Source of the DNA: Octopus vulgaris
Lineage: Eukaryota
Length of the DNA: 64,000 nucleotides
NCBI GenBank assembly: GCA_951406725.2
Contig: OX597830.1
Coordinates: 36,580,001 to 36,644,000, forward strand
Reading direction: 5' to 3'
Part shown: piece after piece, positions 1 to 12,600 of the stretch
Position numbering within the stretch: position 1 is the stretch's first letter
How the letters are laid out: every line of letters starts with the position of its first letter
Made by a program: the position numbers and the translations under genes
The notes under the pieces: model-generated
What the model was told of the DNA's origin: nothing
The model's database searches: none
The model's input: only the letters and a program-made list of their open reading frames with translations

Positions 1-485
1 ATATAAAATGTAAATAGTCAGAAGAAATGTCACTAAGCTTGTGCATACAATTCCACCAGTTTGGTACCTTTCTCTTTAAACACAAAGTTGAGCTCACTAG
101 CCACTGAATTTGGATATCAGAGCAAATACTGCAAGCAATTTTCTATCCAAAGCACCAACTCACATCATCTGAAAGCTATAGTCCTTGTTATACCATTTTA
201 ATAGTTGTTGAATTTTTCAATTTATGTCAAAGAGTAAATAATCTTAATTATGGAGTGAAGTCAATAACGTAAGCTAGTTATAATATTACTCTGCTGTTGT
301 AAAGTTTTAACAAATCTTAACATACTGTATTCCATCCTTATTTCTATATCAGAGAAAAAGTTCATATGGTTAGACTTGAACATGTTAACATGCAGTTTAC
401 CATCGTAAAAAAAAGTGAAAGTAAAGTGTCTTAAAAAAAATCCAAGTAAACTGCAATAAAAACAAAAGTGATGACTGTCTCTTAC

Positions 486-744
486 CCAGATGTACTTCAG
501 TTGAATTAGAGGTAGAGGCAAATGGCTCTTAGAAGGAATTGGCTTGTATAGTCTGAGCAAATTCACAGGAACAATGCCACTACATCATTGTTTCTTTCTC
601 TACAGCTCATTAACCATGAAGGATTATCGCATTGCTCACATATAACTGTTTTGGCCATCATATGTCGACACATAAGCCATGGAATTGCCTTCTCAGTAGT
701 GTTCATTGCTGGTACATTGAAATCATGTACTTTAGTACCTATTT
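486..744 (-). pseudogene. Degenerate Merlin/ISXO2-type (IS1016-like) transposase N-terminal fragment
   Basis: Minus-strand translation gives EKAIPWLMCRHMMAKTVICEQC...(frameshift)WHCSCEFAQTIQANSF.KSHLPL..IQLKYIW. This resembles the CxxC...WxCxxC...S(I)RxxSF...L...YxW zinc-ribbon pattern of Merlin/ISXO2 transposases. It is frameshifted. Confidence 0.45.
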
Positions 745-1167
745 CTGAAATACTTAATTCACCACTAGAATTTACTATACCTGTTGGTACCTGTCAGCGT
801 GACATAATGAAGGATTTCTTTATTTTCTTTTTATGAAATTTTGCTACATCACTATTGTCACTTCTGGTTATTATTGTCCAACTCATGCCAGCATGGTAAA
901 TGGACATTAAATCTTGAGGACTGGTTCTGTCGTTAATTTTGAATTTTGATTCAACCTGCCAACTATTTGCTACATCAATGCTTTGTTAATCACTGTTTTT
1001 CTGTATCAGTAGAGGCTAAATTTGTTTAAGCATGTAGCTGATAATGGATATTTGCCATAAATGATATGCAAAGACACAGAAATCTAGATTTATCAATTCT
1101 ACCACTCCTCTTGGATGCTTTTCACCTGTTTTGATATATATATTTCTGTGCTTTTTAACACTATACA

Positions 1168-1569
1168 CAGCACTGGATTAACCATTAAGCAAAATATGTG
1201 CTTAAGGCATCAAGAGAATGAGGGGGCACAACCGATATGGTAAATGGTTTATGGCACAAAAGAAATCTCTTTAAACTTGCTAAAATAATATTTGGTATGC
1301 CTTTGTTTCTGTTTAGTATAGATGCAGATGTGTTACCTAAGATTAATTTTGAGGATCTGATTGAAAACTTTGCAATTCAAAAACCTAGGAGGAAACTTTT
1401 CAAATACGAATAAACTGGAAGTATACAAAAATAAATATTATTTTTCCTCTTACTGTTTTGTTTCATTTTGAAAACTAAAAATTTATTTTAAGGTTTGTTA
1501 TTGTTTATATTTTGAATTACATAATATTTTATGGGGGCACCAAAATCGATGGGTCTTAATTTGGCCCTG
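1168..1569 (+). mobile_element. Non-autonomous hAT element with transposase C-terminal remnant
   Basis: CAG...CTG termini, a perfect 8-bp TSD ACTATACA (1160-1167 / 1570-1577), and an internal INFEDLIENFAIQKPRRKL resembling the hAT C-terminal end. Confidence 0.75.
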
Positions 1570-2657
1570 ACTATACATCTATACAAAAAGCTTTCTCAGG
1601 ATGAATACCACAGTTTTCTGGCTTTCTTTGGTATATCCACATTAAGTTAGATATGCAGAATCCTTTTCTGAACCAATATTGTATCTGTCACTCATGACTA
1701 AAGAGGTAAGTAGGTTTGAGATGTTCTTTAGTTCTACCTCACTGAAGACTTGACAACCTCTCTAGTACTGGGGTTATTAAAAAAATATACTCAGCACACC
1801 CAGTAAAGTGAATGGTAAATCAGTGGAGAAAGTGTAAAGTCATAAGGTTTCTTTAGTTCTGTCTTGCCAAGGACTTATCAACCTCTCTAGTGCTGGTGCC
1901 ATGAGAAAATACAACCAGGGTATTCTGTAAAGTGGTTGGTAATAAGAAGAACATCTAGCCATGGAAACAAAGCCCAAAGTCCATATGCAAGCACATGTCA
2001 AGAGAACACCAGTGTCTACACAACCAACTGATGCCAACCTGAAAAGGGATGTTAACAGATATGGTGAATCAATTGGTAAGCAACTTTGCTTTGCCTTGTC
2101 TATTATTGTTATGTTTGGTTTTTTATTTCCTTGCTTCTTATTCATTTGAATAGGAAAATCCCATATCAAGTTTCTATTTTTGGTGGAGACTGAACTTATC
2201 AGGTGTTCTTGGTCCATATTTCAACCAATTGTTGTTCAGATGCATTTGTGTGGTGTCAAAATTAATGGAAAATTCCATACAGTCTCATGCCAAATCATGG
2301 TTGTTATAAATCAAGTTGCATTGGAAATACAGACCAGAGGATTTGGAGAAGTTTTCTTAGTTAATCTGTAGGTTGCCACTCTGCCCTCAAGTTAAAAAGG
2401 TCTCTTCTCACCAAGCATGAAGGCATAAACATTTTCTCTTCTAGCCAAGCATACATTCTCATACATTAGCTATTTCTGGTATTCAGCATAATAGCTTTTC
2501 GTAAAGTAACATTTGAAATGTCAATTTGTAAATAAACTTCTTTCAAAATTCCTATTTTGTTTTTCACACATTAACTTGTGTAGGTTGAATTATGTAAAAA
2601 TGTTAGAGAAAGAAACCTGGCTGTTTCTTGGTTTTTTGCAATACATACCACTACATA

Positions 2658-3034
2658 CACTTGCGTCAGAAATTAATTAGCACTTCTCAAATTTCTACAT
2701 TAAATAGGTTAAATCAATTAACCTATGAGCTGTTCAAAACGTCTTATGCGATGAGAAAACTTTGTATGGTGTGATTTCGGTCCTTGCGAGGCGCTACCTA
2801 TATCTATTAAACAAAGGAAGATTTGTCTGCATCCGCACTCCAAGTTGTTGCACTGCTATGTCAACATCATAAGGCTGTAGACTCTCAAACTGCTCTGCAA
2901 ACAAAGTTACGTCATCGTTCTGCGCAACAGTGAACTCGCAACAAAGCAATTGTTCGAGATATGGCCACTAGGTGACAGCACATACCTTGAGTGAAGAGCA
3001 AATCAAGGGTGCTAATTAATTTCTGACGGTAGTG
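2658..3034. mobile_element. Tc1/mariner-type MITE
   Basis: TIRs CACTTGCGTCAGAAATTAATTAGCAC / GTGCTAATTAATTTCTGACGGTAGTG, flanked by TA. Confidence 0.75.
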
Positions 3035-3595
3035 TACAGCTAAAGCAGAATTTTTTCATGGGCCCTTAAAATGCTGTCGGATCCCTTATTTACTATCTTG
3101 TTATGTGAACCCCCCCACCAAAAAAAAATTTTATATGGACTCTCAGGGGCCATATGGACCCCGGTTGAGAACCCCTGATGTAGACCCTAACCTTCTTCAA
3201 AGTTCTCTTTCTTTTCAGATTTATACCATGAGTGTGTTGCAATCAATGCTTCATTTGGCTACAAAATAGTCCATATAATTCAAAATATTGTATAAATACA
3301 AAAAATCCCTAAGTAGTTATGCTCTTCATCTGTTGCTCTTGTGGAAGATATATAAAATTGTATGTAGCAACAGAATTACAGCAATGAAAGGAAAATGTTT
3401 TATTTTTAGCTCCTGCTTTACAATTATGAAACACTAGCTTTTTGACCTGATTTCATTCGGGTCTATTCTCGAACCTCCACATTTAAAAAAAAAATGAAAA
3501 GTCTTTAAAAATAATGGGAAGTTTATTTAAGAATTGATTGAAAAATGGCAAGTATGCAAATGGTTAATACAGTCTCTCAGAAAGCGATTACTCAC

Positions 3596-3720
3596 ACCCA
3601 ACTCAATTTCGCAGAATCAGTGTCGCGACGTGAACGCACGAGTCGGGAGTTTGACTGGCAGAAGTAATCAGGTTGCACATGCCAGTCCTTTTGACACCAC
3701 CCACTCCCGTTTTTCCAATC
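3596..3720 (-). other. Candidate exon of an unidentified minus-strand gene
   Basis: Acceptor TTTTTGTCTTTTAG and donor GTGAGT on the minus strand bracket a CpG-rich unique 125-nt block. One frame is open (DWKNGSGWCQKDWHVQPDYFCQSNSRLVRSRRDTDSAKLSW). No homology recognised. Confidence 0.3.
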
Positions 3721-4048
3721 CTAAAAGACAAAAAATGCACACTGAATGGGTTTGAGAAAAAGGGAGACAACAACAATATAATGTTGCCTCCCTTGTTTCT
3801 CCGTAAGTGTTTTTTTTTTTTTTTCATCTGTAGAACGATCAAATTATATAAAAGGCATAATGTGAAATGACCTTCTGTTGTTGTTGGTCGTTGTTTCACC
3901 TTTATATCTGTGTAATCCATCCATTACGGTTTTTGAAACGATTTGGCTATGAGTACCTGCTTGGCAAAACGAATACAAATGTATTGTGGTCAAGGAACAA
4001 ATGTTTTTATTCATTCTATCTATTTTATTAACATTATGTATATGTATG

Positions 4049-4107
<59 letters not shown>

Positions 4108-4357
4108 TTGTGTGTGTTTGTGTCCGTCTAGCCTCACCCATACTTGACAACCGGTGTTGGTTTGTTTGAGAGAGAAAGGGGAATTAAAACGTCTGATGTC
4201 AAATAAGACAGCATCAAGCCAGCAATACCAACCAAAACGACTGAGCCAGAACGGCTCATTCACTTAATAACTTAGTAAGATCTTTAAAGAGTCTGCATTT
4301 ATAGTATGAAACCCGTAAGTGCTGATGCTGCTCTTAAAAAAAAGTGAATGTCTGGAG

Positions 4358-4710
4358 CAGGGGTTCTCAACTGGGGTTCATATAGCCCTTGAGGGTCCAA
4401 ATTAGATTTTTGGGGTTCCACGCAACAAAGTAGTAAATTGGTAATCCGTATTAGTATTTTAAGGGCCCCTGAAAATTTTTTTTGCTTTAGATGTATGTAT
4501 TGGTATTTATTGCAAAAAACAGCCAAGTTTCTTTCTCCAACACTTTACATAGTTCAACCTACACAAGTTAGTGTGTGAAAAACAAAATAGGAATTTTGAA
4601 AGAAGTTTCTATAAAACTAGTTTTTAAACCTTGAATGGCTATAGGGGTCCACCAGAATAAAACAGTAATCAAAGGGGTCCATAGATAAGAAAAATGGTTG
4701 AGAATCCTTG
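4358..4710. mobile_element. hAT (Charlie-like) MITE; related fragments at ~3040-3178 and from 4719
   Basis: CAGGGGTTCTCAAC...GTTGAGAATCCTTG termini with degenerate 8-bp flanks GTCTGGAG / GTCCAAAG. Confidence 0.6.
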
Positions 4711-4813
4711 GTCCAAAGCAATGGTTCTCAACCATATGACCCTCAGGGTCCATATAAGATTCTGCTGTTAAAATTCATGTGGAATAAACTGGTTTTACTT
4801 CTGCAATACACCA

Positions 4814-4845
<32 letters not shown>

Positions 4846-4856
4846 CATTATTATTA

Positions 4857-4890
<34 letters not shown>

Positions 4891-4895
4891 CATAA

Positions 4896-5285
4896 GGCAC
4901 AGGAGTGGTAAGTAGCTTGCTTACTAACCACATGGTTCTGGGTACATTCCCATTGCATGGCACCTTGGGCAAGTGTCTTCTACTATAGCCTCAGGCCAAC
5001 CAAAGCCTTGTGAGTGGATTTCGTAGACGGAAACTGAAAGAAGCCTGTCATATAAATATATATATACACGTATGTGTGTGTATATGTTTGTCCCCCCCAA
5101 CATCACTTGACAACCGATGGTGGTGTGTTTACATCCCTGTCACTTAGCAGTTTGGCAAAAGAGACCCATAAAATAAGTACTAGGCTTCCAAAGAATAAGT
5201 CCTGGGGTCGATTTGCCCGACTATAGGCAGTGCTCCAGCATGGCTGCAGTCAAATGATTGAAACAAGTAAAAGAGATAAAAGAGA
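4896..5285 (+). mobile_element. tRNA-derived SINE family A (octopus-type)
   Basis: tRNA-like head (GTGGTAAGTAGC...GGTTCAGTCCC-like), core CCTTGGGCAAGTGTCTT, internal (TA)/(TG) tract, tail CCAGCATGGCTGCAGTCAAATGATTGAAAC. More than 12 copies in the window. Confidence 0.85.
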
Positions 5286-5529
5286 TTATTATTATTCTAT
5301 GTTTGACTTTTGCTTTATATTTGTACAAGTTGGCTCCAAGTCTCACCCAGAGACCTCAAGAGATAACAGGTTGGAAGTTCATGTTATGCCTAGTGTGCCA
5401 TATTTTTTTTTTTTTTTTTTGGTGTTGTACTAGTGAATGTCCAAAAAAAAAAAAAACGAAAATTATGTTTGTTTTAAACTCTGAGATTACATAGAAAGTA
5501 TTTTGCATAGGATATGAGCAGTTCCCATG

Positions 5530-6222
5530 AGCACTATCTTTTGAATTTCTGCCATTTTGTGGTGTCCTGGTATCTAAGTTAGGTAGCAATCAGCCCCTTT
5601 CGCTATCATTCCCAGGGCACCTATGACAACAGGTATTGTTTTAGTTTTCATCTTCCACATTTTGCTGATTTCTATTTCAAGATCTTTATATTTGCTCAGT
5701 TTTTGGTAGGTCTTGACAGATACGTTTATTTCGATTGGGACAGTCATATCAATGAGGAGGCATGTTCTTTGTCTGAAGTCTTTCAATATGATGTCTGGCC
5801 TATTTGCATCTATCTTTCTGTCCGTTTGAATAGGGAAGTTCCAGAGGAGCGAGATGTGGTCATTTTCAAGCACTGGAGGTGGTTTGTGTTCCCACCAGTT
5901 TTTTTCATGGGGCAAATCCAGGTTTTTGCAGATTACCCAGTGAATATATTGTGCAGCTCTATCATGCCTGTTGAGATACTCTGTAGGTGCGAGAAGACTG
6001 CACTTGGAGACAACATGATCAATGGCTTCATTTTGTTGTTGACATACATGACATGTTGGGCTACTGCCATTCTTTAATATGTTGGCCTGGTAGTTTCTTG
6101 TTGGTAGGCATTGATCTTGAGCTGCTATGATAAACCCTTCTGTTTCAGATTTTAAGCCAGAGGCCATTAGCCATTGATGGGTCAAGGCTTTGTCAACATC
6201 TGCATTATTCACTCTCTTTGGG

Positions 6223-6225
<3 letters not shown>
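5530..6225 (-). mobile_element. 5'-truncated non-LTR retrotransposon (R4/Dong-like), C-terminal zinc knuckle plus restriction-like endonuclease
   Basis: ORF 5574-6212 contains CHVC...HVVSKC (CCHC), RHD and PD-II...ID-MTVP...K motifs. Its 5' end abuts a (TAA)n tract, the known target of Dong-like elements. Confidence 0.85.
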
Positions 6226-6254
<29 letters not shown>

Positions 6255-6866
6255 TTAATAAAATTCTTTATAACATGTAATTCTAAGAATAGAATAAAAT
6301 ATTTTAAATCTTGAATGACTATGGGGATTGATTTGAATTAAATAGGTATCAAAATTAGGACAAAAAATGGTTGAGAAGCACAGGGTTTGAGGAGTCTTGG
6401 TAAACACAACACATGCAGTCAGCCCATAGGAATGCAATGAATTTGATGACAATTCTGATCATCATCATCATCATCATCATCACCATTTAACGTCCACTCT
6501 TCCATGTTTGTGTGGATCTGATGGAATTTGATTCAAGTAGATTTTCTACACGCAGGTGCTTTTCCTGTCATCAACCCTCACCTGTTTCCAAACAAGGCAA
6601 TATTTTTTCCATGCCCAGGCATGTTTTTTTCTGCAGAAGACTGGAAACAGACAACCTTGTTTGCACTGAAGATGATGCTCATTCACAGCCAGTGCGATGT
6701 CTAATTAAGGCTACAAGCAAGCACACACACAAAATCTCTCTCACATATGCATATATACATGCACATATATACATATACATATACAAGTACACATACATCA
6801 TACATATATATGCAAACATGCATAAGCATAGCCCGCATAGCTCAGCCCGCATAGCCGCATAGCTCC

Positions 6867-6958
6867 GCCCGCATAGCTCAGTCGGTAGAGCATCAGACTT
6901 TTATAGGTCAACCTTAGAAGTAATCTGAGGGTCGCGGGTTCGAATCCCTCTGCGGGCG
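6867..6958 (+). tRNA. tRNA-Lys-TTT: tRNA-Lys(TTT) with a 19-nt canonical intron (6904-6922); possibly a retroposed pre-tRNA copy
   Basis: GCCCGCATAGCTCAGTCGGTAGAGCATCAGACTTTTA[TAGGTCAACCTTAGAAGTA]ATCTGAGGGTCGCGGGTTCGAATCCCTCTGCGGGCG. Acceptor stem GCCCGCA/TGCGGGC, anticodon stem TCAGA/TCTGA, intron between positions 37 and 38, A and B boxes present. One T-stem mismatch. Confidence 0.88.
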
Positions 6959-7327
6959 TGTGATCTTTCAAACGGCGATGCATCAGCATGGCTGCAGCTC
7001 TGAGCTGAAACTAAAAAAAAAAAAAAAAAGCATGTTTTTTAATCTATCTATCTGTCTGTCTGTCTATATGTCCATCCGTCCCTCTGTCTATCCGTCCGTC
7101 TGTCCATCCATCCATCCGTCCCTCCGTCTATCCGTCCATCCGTCTGTCCATCCATCCATCCATCCTTCCATATGTGTGTGTTTATCTATGCCTTTGTATT
7201 TGTCCTCCTATCATTGGCACTGATTTGTTTACACCCACGAAACTTAACGGTTCGGCATAAGTAACCGATAGAATAAGTACCAGGCTTTAAAAAACAATTC
7301 AAAACTGTGCCCCAGCATGGTCGCAAT

Positions 7328-7488
<161 letters not shown>

Positions 7489-7548
7489 CGACAAATAGAT
7501 TGAATGGATGGATGGATGGATAGAATTATTGCACTTTCGAAACTGACC

Positions 7549-7562
7549 GTTGCTATGACCAC
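7549..7562 (+). promoter_or_regulatory. Candidate RFX X-box
   Basis: GTTGCTATGACCAC is one mismatch from GTHNYYATRRNAAC. Further half sites lie at ~8447 (GTTGCTA), ~8564 (CTAGCAAC) and ~8989 (CATAGCAAC), upstream of a ciliary gene. Confidence 0.35.
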
Positions 7563-8949
7563 ATATTATTTACAAAACAATCTTAAAAAACAAACAAATA
7601 AACAAATTTTTCAAGGTTGTAAGCGATATTTATTGTACGTTTTGTTGTCTCCAGTTTTATGTAGTCTTTTGGTGGTAATAAAGATTGAAACTTAACTATA
7701 ATTAACAAAAATAAAACCAGAAAAATTGTTTTCGTTAGAATGTTATACATAGTGGATCTTTTTGAAAAGATCCTACATAGTTATTGCTTATTATTCTAGA
7801 GAGGAAAGTAACAATTATTTTAAAATATAATATGACTTAATATAATATAATATAATATAATATAATACAATATAATAAATACAATATCATATGATAAATA
7901 TAATATAATATTGTAATAATAAATAATAATATAATTATAGTAAAATATAATATAATTGTTGAATTAAGGCCCGCTTATGCACTTGAAAAATATCGACATA
8001 TACTTTAATTTCAATCTTTTAATAATGTTTGTTGCTCCGAAGCCACAAGAGCAAATAAATTACATGACATTACAAAACAAGGCAGGCAAAAATCGATAAT
8101 TTCAAAATTTGTGATTGTAAAGCCGGGTAGAAACTGGTTTATGTGTATATAAAGGAGCGCTTGGAATGAAGGTAAGTCTGTTGGTTACTAACCACAACAG
8201 TTTGTTGTTTGTTACCGCAACTACTAATACTACTGCTACTACTATTACTGTTTTTTTTATTATTTTATTTAAAGTAGAGACCTTAGCTACAGCAGTTCCA
8301 CAAGCATTATTAATGTTGTTAATAATAATAATGATAGTATCAGTTAGTGCGAGCACACACACCTATTGAACAAGTTAAAACATATCCCTTCTTTGTTCCC
8401 ATCACGAATATAGAAACGAGTTGTGGAGGGTAAATAAGATAATATAGTTGCTACGTGAATTTTGCTTTTCTTAAGAACGAATCGCAAGCAGACATGCATG
8501 ATATATTTTCAAATTAATACATAGATCTATTTATTTTCCAACAACTCTATCGCACTGCTTATTTTCTAGCAACTATCTCTATTGTAATTCAACAAAAATC
8601 CTGAAATTTGGAAACTTTTTTTTTTTTTAATTAGGACGCCTGTGTTTCTGGTTTATTTGTTAGAAATGTCTCCAAACTTTCTACGTTATTATCATCATCA
8701 TCAACAACACCACCACCACACCAAGAACAATGCCATCGTTCCATTACACTACTTGTAAACCCTCTCCAGTTCACCCTATTTCAATTATCTGAACATTTTG
8801 GATAATGATTGACTCTCTAATGGTATGTTTGATAATTTATTAATTTCTTATAAAAAGCAAAACGAATGAAAACAAAATATTCCGTAAAGCATTTAAAAAA
8901 ACAAAAACCCAAAAATTAACAAGAACTTAAATCCTGTTATACATCGGTT

Positions 8950-9649
8950 CATTGAGAATTGGATTAAGTTTGTTTATGTATAAATATTCATAGCAACAAA
9001 GCCTCTTCGATAATTCCAGGCTTGAAAACAAAATTATTTCCGCCTTTTATCTTTTTCTTCTTTGCTTCCGAAGTTACGAAGAAAACTTTGTTTTTTTTCG
9101 CACGAATATGGAACATTCAGATTTCCGTAATTCTGGACAAATCCTTCTGCCGTTCCATTAAAATAAAGTTATCAGTGATATATACTGAAGAGGCGATTTA
9201 GTTGATCTAAATCTCGTCTTTTCTTTAATCTGTTCGTTTTGTACCGAATCCAACGAAAACAAGACAAATAAGTGGAAAGTTAATGTTTACATCTTAACTG
9301 GCGCTGTATTGTGTCTACGAAACTACGATGCTCGGATTCGTTCGAACACAGGTTTTAATAATTTCTTTTCATTCATTTTTCGTTTATAACCCTTGACACA
9401 GCGTAGGCATGGAACTCATTTTAATCTGAAATCCATTTTGTTTCGAAAATCCTCGGCCTTTTGCCGAAATCCTTAATGCACAACTTATGCCGCGTCAAAA
9501 AATCTATAAAATATTCGGGTTCCACATAAATTTGAAACATATTCTTTTATAATCCTATACGACTTATGTATTCACTCCAGCATGGCCGGAACCTATTAAC
9601 AAAAGTAATATATTTGAAAAGATTGTTATTACTATCTTAATTTTACAAG
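8950..9649 (+). promoter_or_regulatory. CpG-retaining unique region, probable promoter/5' region
   Basis: Visibly higher CpG density than the flanks, free of repeats, and immediately upstream of the long ORF. Confidence 0.4.
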
Positions 9650-12600
9650 ATGCCATCTGTTAAAAGTGATCATGGTCAGCTAGCCATTCAAGTGGTTAGA
9701 GAATCTCGTGGTAAAACTTCTCATGGTAATCAAAAGACTTCAAAAAGTGCGCCTCAGGCACAAACCTGCAAAAAGAATCCAAAAGCGAAAGGACATTCAC
9801 ATAAGGATACGGAACGATATTTGTTCCTGAGCAATGATAATGGACGTAACTTAGACCTTAGTTCAGTGTCATCCCTTTCTACAAAATCAGCTTTTGCAAG
9901 ACTTGGTACTCAGTCAGTTGTAACACAGGTTGGCAGAAGTTTAACCAAAGTTCCAGGTACACTGACCAGTAAGTTTTCGTGTCATTCTCTGTGTAATGGT
10001 ATGAGGAAGCAAGTTGTTGTTGAAAAGCACAGTCCTCACAGAAAAACAGCTTCGAAACTGACTACGCCGTCTTTCCCAAAGCCTGCTGATCTTGGTAGTT
10101 TGGAGAATTTCTCTGTGTTCAAAGAAAACATCCGTTCAGATAACAATCCAGAAATATCTGTACCATCAGTGCAACACAAACAACCTAAAATAATTACCGT
10201 TATTACAAAAGAGCCTGAAAGTTTCGAGCTACAATTGCAACATAATTTTGAAGAGGAAATGGTTCCTGCTTTGAATTCGGATCAGCTTGATAACCAGTTA
10301 ACTGAAGAAGTGGAACCTGAATGTTGTTATAATAAAGAAAAGGAAAACACCGTTGATCCTCCAAACCAAATTCCTGAAAAAGTAATTGCAAATGCGTTAG
10401 ATTTAGAAGTAATTAATTCGGATTTACCAAATGATATTTCTGCCAGTAAAACATCCCCTGTTGAAGAGAAAGCAGCTGTAGAGCAATTGGAAGATAAATC
10501 AGTTGGAGAAGATGAAATTCCTGCTGTCAGACAGAAAGAAAGCACAAATCCAGATAAGGAACCAGAGCAGGAAGATTGCTGTCCTTGTCGTGGAACTGCT
10601 TCGATGCAAAAAACACTCAGCACCGTTGCCGCGGCCACTGCCGCTGCGTTTTCAGCTCATCCTTTATTGGCGTCGCATAACAGATTAGAGGCTCAGTTGA
10701 TGACTCTATTGGATAAGATGAATTCTTTAGAACAGCAGATATTTCTACAGAAACATGAAATGGAGAAGGAAGGAAAGCTCCAGAAGCTGGAGAGTCAACT
10801 TAGCCAAGTGACAAAGGATCGAATGAATTCTTTAGAACTTTTGCAAAAGCAGATGTTTGGTATGCAAACCAACTTTCTAAATGTCGCAAAAAGTTTTGAG
10901 AAAATGTTTGGTCATGTTCCTGACAATGTTCAACAAAAAATTGAAGAGAATGAAGAGAATATGGAACCATTACATTACAGATCTAAAAATGTGCAACATT
11001 CAAAAAATGATATTGAAATGTCTAAAGAATCTGATTCTTTAGAATCACTAGATTTTTCTATTACTACAGATAAAGATGTAAGAAGTTTCCCTAAACCCCT
11101 TTTTGTAGCTCCTGAAGATAAACGTGCTAAAAATCCAAAAAAGGAACATCATATTGAGAAGTCATCATCAAAAAGTGCATTGAGAGGTAATTCTAAAGAT
11201 ACATCTGCTCCTTCCATAAAACCCAAAGTAAATTCAAATAATCCTCTCAGCACAACCCGCAAGGCATCAAATGTAAAGACAAACATTGTGAATGGCAAGG
11301 AAAGCAAATCTACTTCTAAACCAAACAAAACTGTGAGTTCGGTGAATTCCACATCCAAATTCCAGAATTCTAGACCCAATAGAAACAAGAAATATCAATC
11401 AAATGTAGACGAAGAAAAACTTGTTATTAAAGAAATCAACAAATATATACAGAAACCAACATCTGTAACTGAGAAACAATCTGCTAAAGAGCTCCCTTTG
11501 AAATACTCTTATCTAAAAACTTTTACCTCTAATCCTTATTCTAAGGAACCGTATGCAGTCCGAGAAACTTCCAAAGCTAAACGCATTCCTAAGAAACAGT
11601 CTGTTCCTGCACCAGCAATTCTGAACACTAGTTATGTTATTTCTTCTTCTCCCGATTTACAGCACGATGAAAAGGAGTTTAATAAAATTCAAAATCGAAA
11701 CGGTAATTCTAAGAAATGGTCTACTTCTTCACAGTCAGCAGCTCCTCTTGAGAAATATCTTCTAGACTCGCCTCTGAAGACTCAACTTTTCACATCAGAT
11801 AAAATTTATGCCGACCTAAAACCAACTGCTCCTTCAGCTGAACTTGTTGCTGGGCAAGAAATTCTTCAACGTGCTCAGACTAGTCGGATGTTTCTGGAAG
11901 AAAACTTAAAGAATTTAGAACGAGATTACAAGAAGGATGCTGTTTATAATATTGTGGATAATCTTTATCAAAGCAGCCCAGTATCTCAAACTTACCAAAT
12001 GAAACGAAAAGTTGACCAATGTATTGCCAAAATGCAGATAGATATTCAGAAAGAACTCTCAATGGAAGAAGCTACTTCCAATAAACTTTCTTGCTCAAAT
12101 CCTGCCACCAAAGTGAATAAATTAGGGAAGAAAAAAGACTCTGAAGATTTAAGTGGTTCCAGACAGAAACAGCCAAAAGTTATTGTTAAAACAAAAGAAA
12201 AAGCCCCTCAAAGTTCAAATAAAAACCTAAATGTCTTGTACCAAGACCAAGAATATCTTACGCAAGTATTTGGTAAAGCTACTTACCAAAATAAAAGAAC
12301 TACTGTTCGGGAGCCTTACTTACACATCAGAAATAAACCACAGACAAAAGTAACTCAACCAAAAGCTATGGTGGATGTTAAAGGAATACAAAAAAAATCT
12401 ACCAAAGTTCAAACAGTGGAAGAAGTAAAGAAAACTGTTGAAAAAGGTACTGGAATCGTGGCTGATGACAAAAAATATTTCTTTGCTAGCAAACCTAGCA
12501 ATAATCCTAACTATTTACAGAATTCAAGTTTGGTACCAGGCCATTTAGGTTATATGGCTGTATCCTTAAGAGAGCCTAGAATGGACTCTGGGTTAACTCA

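Noticed and set aside
2150-2460. Possible host exon on the minus strand
   Set aside because: Multiple stops. LIWDFPIQ resembles the RLE-LINE motif at 5574-6212, so it is probably an old LINE relic.
9185-9223. CTGAAGA followed by a hairpin, as a hammerhead
   Set aside because: No GAAA, stem III or NUH triplet after the stem. The CTGATGA at ~16727 and ~36534 fail the same test.
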